A stretch of 64,000 nucleotides of DNA from Puccinia triticina (lineage: Eukaryota). The notes beneath the pieces are model-generated. The model saw only the letters and a list, made by a program, of their open reading frames with translations, was not told the origin of the DNA and ran no database searches. The position numbers were made by a program, and so were the translations under genes. The DNA lies in assembly GCA_026914245.1 (NCBI GenBank), contig CP110440.1:930001-994000 (forward strand). Reading direction: 5' to 3'. Below, piece after piece: positions 40,392-51,580 of the stretch. Each line of letters begins with the position of its first letter. The stretch's first letter is position 1.

Positions 40392-41686
40392 CTGCTGCAC
40401 ACAACCTGGGCCCTCATGCTTTGCACCCTGAAGGTTGCCAGGGCCCTGCGCCTGGGCAGGCACAATGCTGGCCTGTACACACTCATCTGGGTGGTTACAG
40501 GTCAGCTCAAGGGCCTAAAGAGGTGGCTATCACTATGTCGACTCACATCTCTTCTGGATGACCGGTCAGACCAGTCATCGAGGGGACTCACCTCGATGAC
40601 CGGCAAGACCGCTGATTGGGAGGACTCACAGCCCTTGATGACCGGTTTGTGCCGGTCATCGACGGGACTCACATCTCCTCTCAATGACCGGTCAGACCGG
40701 TCATCGACGGGACTCACATCTCCTCTCGATGACCGGTCAGACCGGTCATCGAGGGGACTCACCTCAATGACCGGCAAAGACCGCTGATTGGGAGGACTCA
40801 CAGCCCTCGATGACCGGTTTGTGCCGGTCATCGACGGGACTCACATCTCCTCTCGATGACCAGTCAGACCGGTCATCGAGGGGACTCACCACCTCTCCAT
40901 GACCGGTTAGACCGGTCATCGAGGGGACTCACCACCTCTCGATGGCCGGTCAGACCAGTCATTGAGGGGACTCACCACCTCTCGATGACCGGCACAGACC
41001 GGTCATTGAGAGGACTCGAAGCTCTCGATGACTGGTTTGTGCTGGTCATCGTGGGGACTCACATCTCCTCTCAATGACCGGTCTTTGCCGGTCATCGAGG
41101 GGACTCGCATCTCCTCTCAATGACCAATCTGACCGGTCATCGAGGGGACTCGCATCTCCTCTCAATGACCGATCTGACCGGTCATCGAGGGGACTCACCA
41201 CCTCTCGATGGCCGGTCAGACCGGTCATTGAGGGGACTCACCACCTCTCAATGGCCGGTCAGACCGGTCATTGAGGTGACTCACCACCTCTCGATGACCG
41301 GCACAGACCGGTCATTGAGGGGACTTGAAGCTCTCGATGACCGGTTTGTGCCAGTCATTGTGGGGACTCACATCTCCTCTCAATGACCGGTCTTTGCCGG
41401 TCATTGAGGGGACTCCCCACCTCTTGATGACCGGCTAGACCGGTCATCAAGGACTCACCACCTCTTGATGGCCGGTTAGACCGGTCATCGTGGGGACTCA
41501 CATCTCCTCTCGATGACCGATCTGACCGGTCATCGAGGTGAGTCGCATCTCCTCTCAATGACCGATCTGACCGGTCATCGAGGGGACTCACCACCTCTTG
41601 ATGACCGGCTAGACCGGTCATCGAGGACTCACCACCTCTTGATGGCCGGTTAGACCGGTCATCAAGGGGACTCACCACCTCTCTAT

Positions 41687-42327
41687 CAGCGGTGGGCAGA
41701 TACGTTCTCCAAATGGATAACTCTGAGGGATACGTAACCTTTACAGTTACGTTATCTGCTAGTTACAGATATCTAATTTGGAGTTACAATATCTCCTGCA
41801 GAAAATGGGCTTGATTTTATCTAGTTACGTTCCCTGGTTATTTTGAACAAAACCAGTTACGTTACATTTTTTCCCATATTTGGGTAACTTTGGTGTAACT
41901 TTCTGGTAAAGGCCCTGATTTGTGGTTGTTTTTATCAATATGAGCGAGATGTTTGCTCAAGTTGACACTAAACAACAACATAAACTCAGTATGCTGCCAG
42001 GAAGCCAGATTAAAAGTTGTTCAGAGTGAGGTTTGAACCCACAACTTCAAACATCACTAACCTCGCAAGCCTTAACCAATAAGCTAAAGACATGATACCA
42101 ATTCTCTCTTCATTTCAATAATCTCAACCCCCTTTACAAAAAGCCCCATATCAAAAAAGTTACGTTACCAAAAACATAAAAAATCAGGTTGAAAAAAAAG
42201 TTACTTTACTATACTTTACTGCCCAAATTTTGTACGTTACCAAAATGGCCAATTTGGATAACTAAAAAGATGTTACGTTATCCAATTTCACTGCCGTAAC
42301 GTAAAGTAACGTATCTGCCCACCACTG
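41687..42327. mobile_element. MITE with 7-bp TSD carrying a tRNA-like segment
   Basis: TIR CAG(C/T)GGTGGGCAGATACGTT; TSD TCTCTAT at 41680-41686 and 42328-42334; GTTAC/GTAAC subterminal repeats. Confidence 0.88.
42018..42092 (-). ncRNA. Degenerate tRNA-like (A-box/B-box) cassette inside a MITE
   Basis: Reverse strand reads TAGCTTATTGGTTAAGGC ... GTGGGTTCAAACCTCAC. Confidence 0.55.
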
Positions 42328-42656
42328 TCTCTATGGCCGGTCAGACCAGTCATTGAGGGGACTCACCACCTCTCAATGGCCGGTCAGACCGGTCCTCAAG
42401 GGGACTCACCACCTCTTGATGACCGGCACAGACCGGTCATTGAGAGGACTCACAGCTCTCAATGACTGGTTTGCGACGGTCATCGTGGGGACTAACAGCT
42501 GTCGATGACCGGTCTTTGCCGGTCATTGAGGGGACTCACATCTCTTGATGACCAGTCAGACCGGTCATCAAGAGTAGATGTGAGAATTTGAATCCCCACC
42601 CATCACTTCAGGTCGCATGGTCCCTTCCCCTGCCGTACCGCTTGCGAGTTGAAGGC

Positions 42657-43233
42657 CTAACTTAACTAAGTCCCTCTATTGGAGGGGGGACGCCGTCCCG
42701 TAGGGACCCTCCGAAGGAAGGACTTATACACTAAGTGGACCCCGCGGCCTGAGAGAATTGGCAACTTGGCCTTTTTCGAGCCTGTGTAGCTTCATCACAT
42801 CACATCATGTGATTGAGCTGTAGGGGAACAAAAGATGCACAACATCTAGGAGAATCTTTCCACCTATTTTGCTATTTTTAGGGATATCTAATGACAGTGA
42901 AATGTCTTTTTTTGCAACTTCATTAGTTGGCTATATCCCGTATCACACATGTTGCACTGTACAGAATCTGAAATCCATGAAGTTACAACTCTGATTGCAG
43001 CTCAACAAGAGGTGTTGAGGATGGGAAAAAATGGTAGAAATATAGCAACATCTTGGGCCGCCCCAGAAACGTCAACAATATCAAAAATGGTGCAGAGGCG
43101 CATGAGTGAGATTGATTCTAAAAAAGTCCCCACCAAAAGTCATAATTCTCTCAGGCCGTGGGGTCCACATAGCGCATAAGTCCCTCCTTCAGAGGTTGCT
43201 TTGCTCTGAGGAGGAGGAAATTAGCTAAGTTAG
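42657..43233. mobile_element. Non-autonomous TIR element with 9-bp TSD, same terminal motif as 24980-26186
   Basis: CTAACTTAACTAAGTCCCTC ... TTAGCTAAGTTAG; TSD GTTGAAGGC at 42648-42656 and 43234-43242. Confidence 0.82.
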
Positions 43234-44174
43234 GTTGAAGGCCCCCTCCCAAACTGACAGACATCCCACAGGTACCCTGAAACAGTGAAGTGAATACAGT
43301 TCCTTTGAGGCAAAAAGTGATACATCAGTCTGCTTTTTTTTCATAGCTCTGACAGGTGTATGTACAGAGGATGGAAATCAAAAGCAACTTTGCTTTTTTT
43401 GATGATGATTGCAATCTGTGAGACAATGCCCCTAGGGACCCACATCTTACCCATTATGAGGCCTTCTTGCTAGATGATTTCTTGACCATTAAGGTGGGGT
43501 GATATATAACCAAACAAATACTGATAGATGTGCAGGCTTCTTGCCTGTTCATGTACATTGAGCAAACCTGACATGCCAAAAAAATATTTTTGCAAGTCCC
43601 TCATTCGGAGGCGGGCACTTTGCGCCCAGGAGGGACTTAGTTAAGTCCAGCCCCCTCTGACCAAACACCCTTGCCCCTGACAGAGCAACTGGAAAGTGTC
43701 AATGGCAATCCCTGCCGCACCCGCTCCAGATGCTTCTCCCCGGGGCCCTCCTCCCGGCAACATTGATCAAACTCCAGACGGACTGAGTCACACAACCAGA
43801 CAGCGGGGATCATGGAGAGAGATTGCTTGGATATGGAGGAGTATGAAGTGATTAGATGAATCATAATCAACTTGTCCTTGGATTTTTTAATCATTTTTGC
43901 TATAAATTAATCAGTCTCACAGAAACATTGTGGCTTGACTTATTCAGATTAAGACTTGTGCAATCCATTTTTTTGCATGAAATTGATTTGAATGAGAATT
44001 TTGGTTTTTTTGCATGCATGGGATGCAATGGAGTGTGTGTTCCTTAGCAGGGCATGGGGGATACTTCACAACAGTCTGCTTAGCCAGATGTAAAATCATT
44101 TTTGCCTATCTAATATGGCTAGCCTGTTAAGGGAAGGGGTGATTGAAAGTGGCGGGATGGCCATTGAATTTGTA

Positions 44175-44199
44175 GCGGCGAAGCCGCATTGGCCTCTAG
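44175..44199 (+). mobile_element. Helitron 3' terminus (second copy)
   Basis: GCGGCGAAGCCGC hairpin + ATTGGCCT + CTAG|T. Confidence 0.8.
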
Positions 44200-45546
44200 T
44201 ATTTAATCAATTCCCAATTATTACTCATTTATGGCAAATTTCTGTTGATCAATTTCTCTATGTCAAAGGGGATCCAAACAACGTAAATGTGACTTGCAGG
44301 GGCTTTCATGGCTTTCTGACCAGTTTTTACTTGTAATGGAGCTGTGAAAGGCCCCTCCAGTGATCTGTCACCATAACGTACGCGCGTACACAAAGGTGAC
44401 ATTGGCAAAGTGGAAAAAAACTCACATGCATGTGCATGGAGACATTGCAAAACAAACAAACCCAAAAACAACTCATAAGCTTATATATGTCAAGAAGCCA
44501 GGATTTCTATCTGAAATCTGGGACCACACACCTCCAATCTTGAATTGACTCATATTTTCACCCTACTTTCATCCTTTTTTGGCTCAATTCTAGATGATAC
44601 CGGCCTTCTTTAGGGAAATATGCCAATTCAGATGGGCCTTTCACATCATTCTAACAGGGGTGTACATGCTTTTGATCTGCAGGAGGCCCAACCTGCAATT
44701 TGTAACAAACTTACACACACGCACATGACAGTTACATTAGCAAAGTGAAAACAATGACCACCTTCATGCGCATATAAATAATATGAATTGAACCCCAATA
44801 ATTCATCCCAATTAACAAAAAGTTATTGAATTATGATTTGATTGTGGCCATTGTGTCTTAGTGGTTTCAACCACGTTCCGGTTGTGATCCAGTTGACTTC
44901 TGCATGACTTCTGGATGGTTTATGCAGGAATCCAGGATCAGTCTCAGATCATTTGTGGATTAGTTCCAGAATTTTTCATTAATTCTTACACTACTTTCAT
45001 CAAAGGCATCCAGCACAGTTACTGAAAAAGGGTACAGTATGGCACTCTCTGGAGAGTGCGTCAAAATCTCCCCTGGTGGTTTTGATTTGTTTTTGTTTCA
45101 TTGTATGGGTTGATTGTCAGTTTCAGGAACTTTGGTCTCAAGATCCCACATCTCTCTTGTCCTTGTAGCTTGTGTGACAATCCTGGGCTTGGTTGGCCCC
45201 TCTATTCAGGCTGAGGGCAGCACTGAAGCTGTTCAGCAGCATCAGGAGTGGCAGGTGGGGTAATCTAGCATCTCTGGTTCCAAATATGAACTTTTTTTTA
45301 CTGAATTCTACTCCTTGACTGTCTTCTGGAGGATGATGGCTCTGGGGTTAGATTTTGCCTTGAGCCACACCTGACATCCAAGAATGAAAATATGGAATCT
45401 GCAAGGATCTACCAAAACACAGAAGATTGAAAGGGTTCAAGCTTCTTGGAAAACACAATTATTCAATCACAAGAGGCAACAAGGCTGAGCATGAGATGGG
45501 AACCAAAGATGAGCATTGGCAGGACAGAAATGAGGATCAGTTGGGC

Positions 45547-45929
45547 CAACAAAGGGTAGTTACAGTAACCCATAGATAATGGTAATGTAACCAAATTTAT
45601 GTTGTTATCTATGTTTTACGTGTAACGGTGGTGCAATTACGTTATTGTACCACAGTACGGCTGTTTTTTTATGTTTGTCATGTTATTGGGGCACACAGGG
45701 CCCCTGATAACAAGCAAGTATTGAGGCTAAAACAGCCTTAAATGTTATGTTATTGCATTATCCAGGGGATGCAGCAACCACAGGCCCCCTCTTTGAGACC
45801 CGTTATGTTACGTGCGGGGCTTGAAATGACCCCATTATTAGTAAAGTAACGGGAAGCCCCGGGTAACAAGGGTAGTCAAATTACCCCAATTGTGTGGATA
45901 ACGCAAGATAACATAACTACCCTTTGCTG
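45547..45929. mobile_element. MITE with 7-bp TSD (P-element-like), copy 2 of the 39452 family, more decayed
   Basis: CAACAAAGGGTAGTTAC ... TAACTACCCTTTGCTG; TSD GTTGGGC. Confidence 0.88.
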
Positions 45930-48900
45930 GTTGGGCCCAGGACAAACTGATGACCTCCTCTGTGAATTCTGGAAGTTGAGATGGTTGGAAGATTGGGGTA
46001 GAGCCAGTGAATGGATATTGGACTGATAGTAGGTAGCTAGCTAGAGCTGGCATGATGTCACTTGTTATCAACTGATTTTTTTTCTTGGTCTGCTTTCTAC
46101 AAATGTTGAATATCAATTTTTACAATTATTATCTGTCCTCTCAACTTTGTAGCAATGGGATGTGATTATTTTCAGAGGCGTTTTGTGAGCCTTTGTGTCT
46201 AAAGTGAAAACAGGACACAAGAAAAAGGATGGGCTCTGTTTGAATTTCTTGGATAAAGAAATAAGAAACAGAAGAAGAGAAAGGAATAATGATCAGGCCA
46301 AGATCAACACTTCAAGTCTTTGATTTATGATCTGGGCTATTCTCAACCTGGAAAAGTTGGATGCCAGCTGTTCAAGGCCAAAGAGTGCAACAGCCTCCAG
46401 TGAGGCTCCACTCACACCAAGGGAATGGTGGTGGGAATCAGAAATAGTGTAAATATTCTTAGAGATGGCACTTTTGCACCCGGGTACCCGCCAGCCATTT
46501 TGGCCAGATCCTGACATCCGGATCCGCATCCGCACTTGTTGGCAGGTACCTGGCGGCCTGGGCGGGTAACCGCGCGGATATCTGTGGCTACCCGCCACCA
46601 AAAACGCTTCTCACAGACAAGATCATGTTTTCATTTCATCATATCATATGTTTTCTTTTCTTTGGTGACAGTAGAGGGGGAGAATATCAATCCACTGTCA
46701 CCACATTGACTTTGGTGGCACCACGTGCCTTCATCCGGCCCTTAGACTTATCCTTCATCTTTTCCATATGTTTGTGGAAAGCCAGAGGTTCAATCTTGTC
46801 GTTCTTTGAGTAGAAGGACAACACCATCCCTCTCCCTACCAATTTTGCATTGAGTTTGTGTCTCTTGGCCAAGACTACGTCTCGGCCAAAGCTGAAAGTA
46901 TGTTTGACATCAACAGTTGTTGCTATACATAATTAATGAAACAATTGATTAGTTTTGTGTTTTGATACCTGTGCAGAAAAAATAAATCTTACCGGGGCAG
47001 CACATGACATCAAGTGCCATCTGTAAGAGTCCATGGTGGTTATTTCCGCTACGTTTTTGTTCAGCGCACCACTCGAGCCCATTGATTGGTTTGCTGTCTT
47101 CCAAATAAAGGCCGCCAGATAGCCATATGTCCACAGGATCTGATAGCGCTTTGGAAGATCTTGCGACAGCAGCAGCACCAAGCCTGGCCAGAACACCATT
47201 TTGTGGCTGGCAGAACCTTCAGTCAGTTGAATTTCTCGGTGTGAGAGATTACAAGATTTTGTTTACCTTTATCGGTCCTTTCCTGGGTGGTTTTGGGGCG
47301 GTAATTGTGTTTGAAGGCTTATACCATGTATTGTACATCTTGCAAGTGAGATCTATCGCCTCACTAATCCATGACTTAGGCCATTTGGCCAGCTTAAAGT
47401 ATTCATCCTTGAACGACGGATGGAGAACTGAATGGTCAAAAGATATTATGTTAGTTACAAAACATGTTAGAAAAAAGCCAATTAGACTTTAAGAAAAGGC
47501 CTACCCATTGCTATTCTGTAGATTGGTGCGCAGTCAGTGAGCGAATAGTACTTATTGGTAATTTGAAGCCCAAAGCAACATGCATTTCTTAATGCGGCAG
47601 GATATTTTCCATCTTTGTTTGCAATCACGGCCGAGAGGGTCGCCGTGATTTGATCAATCATGACTACCACTTCAGCTACCCGGGCCAATGCTTTCATCAA
47701 TAGTTGAAGGGTCATTTTGTAGAATGGTTTTAGAATCTGCACCAGGTCTGCGGCCAAGTCAAGGTCCTCCTGGTTCACGTGCAGGTTGCGGGGTGTGCCA
47801 AACTGTTTATCACGCTGCCAAGTAACACTAGAATGACAAAGAAGTCAGTCTGGTTCACCGCCGAAGTTATTTTTATGATTTTGAATAGACTTACATGGTG
47901 TTCTCACATTGGAAAATGCTCAAAAGCTGCAAGTATGTGGAGTTCCACCGAGTCGGGACGTCACGCTCAACATTATGAGGCTTCTGGCATTGAGTTTCAC
48001 GACAAAGCTGAATAAATCTGGATTTTGAATTTGGTGACTTCTTCAATTTCGTTGCAATGGCGCGAAACTGATGAAAAGTAGAACAAAACAAATTCATTAT
48101 CCAAAAAATTAAAGGAAGAAAAAAGTAATCAACTAACCTTTGCAAGAGATCGACAACATGACTCTGACGTATAAACATCATCATCCTTTTCATCTTCAAC
48201 ATATTTGAGATCAGCCAGCGTAAGCTCGTCGTCCTCTGCTAATTCGCCATTGGAGCGCTCAGAAATATCGGCGGGAAGCTCCTCCTTGTCATCAGTGGAG
48301 CTACTATTGTCTTCCTCTTCATGAAACCTGAAAATGCAATCACACATGTAACAATCAGCGGGTAGAAATCAAAGACAAAATTAAATGATGTCAGAATAAT
48401 TAAGCTTGCCTTTCAATGAGATTTTGTGGTTCCTCCTCATCATCAGATTCCTCATACTCACCAGCTCTAGGGGAGCTTTTTTTGTTACGCGCAAAGGGTC
48501 GGAGTATTGCCTTTACAATAAGGTTGAGGATATGTGCAAAGCACCTTATCCACTGCGGCAAAAGTTTTTCTAACTCAACAATCATTGTCCCATTGTTTGC
48601 CGCGTTGTTGGAAACAATACCACAAATCTAATGAGTGTAATCAGCAGGTTAGATCAGATTCTCAGACAATACAATGTACAAAATCAAAAGAAATGTTATC
48701 ATACCCGATTTTTCAATCTAAACTTCTCAACAATGAATTCAACCATGCACGCTAAGCATTCACCTGTATGCCTTTCCTTAAGCTGGACAAAGTCCAGGGG
48801 CATTGCATCCGATTCGATCCTGCCGGCTGTTGAGTTGTCTGTTAGTCTGCTACCATGATGTATCACCACAGTATGGAGGGCTGTCGGATTGACCCATGAG

Positions 48901-48934
48901 CACTACCAACCAACCACCCAGCTGGCAGCCACAA

Positions 48935-49020
48935 GCGTCTGTAGCCTAGTTGGTAAAGGCAGCACTCTAGTATGTGTCTCAGCTTAGCTGAGGTCGTGAG
49001 TTCGACTCTCACCAGACACA
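48935..49020 (+). ncRNA. tRNA-like cloverleaf in the 5' LTR
   Basis: Acceptor GCGTCTG/CAGACAC, D arm GCCT-AGTTGGTAA-AGGC, extra arm CTCAGC-TTA-GCTGAG, T arm GTGAG-TTCGACT-CTCAC; anticodon arm non-canonical. Confidence 0.8.
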
Positions 49021-49356
49021 TCTTCATTTTACAGTCTCTACAGGTTATGAGCCCAGAGCTACCTGAGCGCAACTCGCTTACAATAGAGACTTGATGAATT
49101 TGTGAATGCTTACTTGTAAGACCACACAAACCCCTATAAGCCTACATCTAGATCACGGGTTCAATCCCTACGCTGATCATCTTTCCTGGGTCTCATTCCC
49201 ACTCTCTCTTGGGTTCAATCCCCACTTCCCATCATGTAGCAAGGGGGGGTGTTGAGTTGTCTGTTAGTCTGCTACCATGATGTATCACCACAGTATGGAG
49301 GGCTGTCGGATTGACCCATGAGCACTACCAACCAACCACCCAGCTGGCAGCCACAA

Positions 49357-49442
49357 GCGTCTGTAGCCTAGTTGGTAAAGGCAGCACTCTAGTATGTGTC
49401 TCAGCTTAGCTGAGGTCGTGAGTTCGACTCTCACCAGACACA
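49357..49442 (+). ncRNA. tRNA-like cloverleaf in the 3' LTR
   Basis: Same sequence as 48935-49020. Confidence 0.8.
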
Positions 49443-50401
49443 TCTTCATTTTACAGTCTCTACACCGGCCCCATCATCCAAAAGTTGGTAGATAACCACC
49501 CCCATTATGTCGAATCCGTTTGGTGTCTGCCAGGCATCAACACCCAAGTAAAGTGCCCCCTCGTGGACCTGAATATAAAAAGCAATAGGTTTAAGGTGCA
49601 GTCAGCTGGGTCGTTATCTGAATTTTAAATAAAGAAATCAAACAATCCACGACTTACACTCAATTCGTGACAAATTTTCTCCTGAACACACAAATAAAGC
49701 TGCTGAATCACCTTTGAAACCATCCTTTGGTTAGGAAGATGCTTTAAGATTGTTGGATGGAGAATTTTCTTGAGGCTGCTTTCTTCCAAAGCCGAAAAGG
49801 GCTTTGCTCCCTCCGCACACCAAATCACACACTGCTTCAAGACCTAGAGTGAGAAGACTCGTCAATTGGGAGAAAATTGAGATAAATAAATAAATATTGA
49901 GCCTTACCTCCCGCTGTTCAATTTCACCCATTCCAGATATACCAACTGAGGTGAGTGTTTTGTTACTTGGTGGTTTTTGTTGCTTCCTCAGGCAGCCGCC
50001 TGCGTGCATGAGAAGATTACTGCACAAAGAGTCATAGGCTGGTTGATTGATATTTTTTGAACATCTATCAAGATTTGAAATGCTTCAGCTATTGTTTCCT
50101 TGCTTCTTATAAATAGTAGGGAAAGTCAGACTCACATCTTACACTTCCATGCAATCATGCAGCGGTTAAATTTATCTTGCTGATCAGACAATCTGGGTGG
50201 CTTGTAAGAGGCATAACCTGAACTGATTTGATTACGCGCGAGTTTCTTTGTGTGTTCTACATTTGCAATTTATTCAGTTTTTTGAGCCAACTGAATAATC
50301 AAGAAAGAAAGCAGAGTATATTACCTAGACGCTGATCATCAGTTAGTTCAGCTCCCACCTGTGTCGAATTAGGGGTTCCTGAGTCAATGTTGTCCTGTTC
50401 A

Positions 50402-50881
50402 CAACGTTGTAACAGCTGTGTTGCTTTTAGCGCAGCAAAGCGGTTAGCGCAGCGGTTTTTTTTTTGCCGCTGCGCGCAGCGGCCAGACCACTGTGCTTAC
50501 CGCTTTTTGTTTTCCTGGGAAAAAAAAGATAATTTTAGCGCGCTAAAAAAAGCGGTCACATAGCGCTGAACCGCTGCGCTTCAGAGGTAGCACAGCAGTT
50601 TGAAAAAGAGGAAAGAAAATGGTTTAAATCATGTCAAAAGAGGTTTAACATGCAATTAAATTCCGCTATCCGCTAATTTAGCGGATAGCGCAGCGGATTT
50701 CCGCTTCCGCTGCGCTAACGCTAATTGCCCTGGGTGGGTAGCGGTCAACCGCTGCGCGTAGCGAGTAGCGCAGCGGTTTTTTCAACAGCTTCCGCTACAT
50801 GCCTCTGGGATGTAGCGGTGTGGCCGCTGCGCTGCGCTAAATGAAAGCTTTTTTTAGCGCAGTGCAGCGTTTACAACGTTG
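50402..50881. mobile_element. MITE with 7-bp TSD nested in the hAT element
   Basis: TIR CAACGTTGTAA; TSD CTGTTCA; TAGCGCAGCGG internal repeats. Confidence 0.85.
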
Positions 50882-51580
50882 CTGTTCATTGTTTGAATTG
50901 GGAGGGGGGGCTTGGTGTTTGTCATCTGTTGCAGGCCGACTTCGGAGCCTCTTACGTGGTCGGGCCATAGCGTTGTATTTAGAGGATATGATGGGGGCAG
51001 CACGCAGATTGACGGCGGAGGGAAACCTGGGTCAGAGATGCTGTATTGCGCGCAGCAAGTTGGAGATCATGTGTTGCGCAACTGTGGTGTAGAAAGACCC
51101 ACATATGTGGGCGGGTGTGGGCGGGTGCACCTGCAAATAACCCGGGTACCCGCTCAAATTCTGTCGGAATCTCAGACATCCGCACTCGCATCCGCATCTG
51201 TTGGCAGGTACCCACCAACGGATAGCGGGTACCCGCGGCGGGTGCAAAGTTGCCATCTCTAACTATTCTGCTCTGGTTTTTAGACTATGTCTAGGTTTGA
51301 CAAAAGATAACCTGATGATCTTTGAGGAGGTAAAAATAGGAGAGAAACAAAGAGAGAGAGGTCAAGAGAAATAGTGTTCACCCTGAGATAAACAAGGTCA
51401 GTGAAAGAGGCTACTTACTGTCAATATCCTGTGGTGATACTAGGAGTGAAGTGGCCTCTGTAAAAGTGATCCTGGGGTGTCTCTGGTGGTGGTTCTGGTT
51501 GTTTGAAGTCTGTGGATCCTCCTGCTGCATGGGGAATCCTGACTTCAAAAAATTTCACAGTTTACTTATGTACATATGTA

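Larger units (their letters stand above)
40545..42570. repeat. Long GATGACCGG/CCGGTCATC palindromic-unit array (~42-bp units)
   Basis: Dozens of CTCGATGACCGG-n-ACCGGTCATCGAGGGGACTCAC units; interrupted by 41687-42327. Confidence 0.9.
39270..45078. mobile_element. CACC-terminated (CACTA/CMC-like) element with 3-bp TSD, filled with nested insertions
   Basis: 38-bp TIR CACCAGGGGAGA(C/T)TTTGACGCACTCTCCAGAGAGTGCC; GTT at 39267-39269 and 45079-45081. Confidence 0.85.
48828..49464 (+). mobile_element. TRIM (non-autonomous LTR retrotransposon) with tRNA-like sequence in both LTRs
   Basis: Two 215-bp LTRs (48828-49042, 49250-49464; TG...CA) that look identical, 207-bp non-coding interior starting GGTTATGAGCCC and ending with the purine tract AAGGGGGGG, exact TSD CCGGC. 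Confidence 0.95.
46687..50400 (-). pseudogene. hAT transposase (multi-exon, disrupted)
   Basis: CAEGAKPFSAL, LGVDAWQTPNG, WIRCFAHILNLIVK, ERDVPTRWNSTY, ILKPFY, dimerisation-domain-like TFSFGR..KRHKL. Confidence 0.9.
46460..51261 (-). mobile_element. Full-length hAT DNA transposon (decayed, two nested insertions)
   Basis: TIR TAGAGATGGCA..TTTGCACCC; 8-bp TSD AATATTCT / ACTATTCT; GGGTACCCG subterminal repeats. Confidence 0.92.

Noticed and set aside
40545..42570. CRISPR-like array of palindromic repeats
   Set aside because: Linkers are short and themselves repeated rather than unique spacers; eukaryotic context; no cas genes
48935..49020. Functional tRNA gene
   Set aside because: Anticodon arm is non-canonical, the acceptor stem has a mismatch, and the sequence is duplicated as part of LTRs
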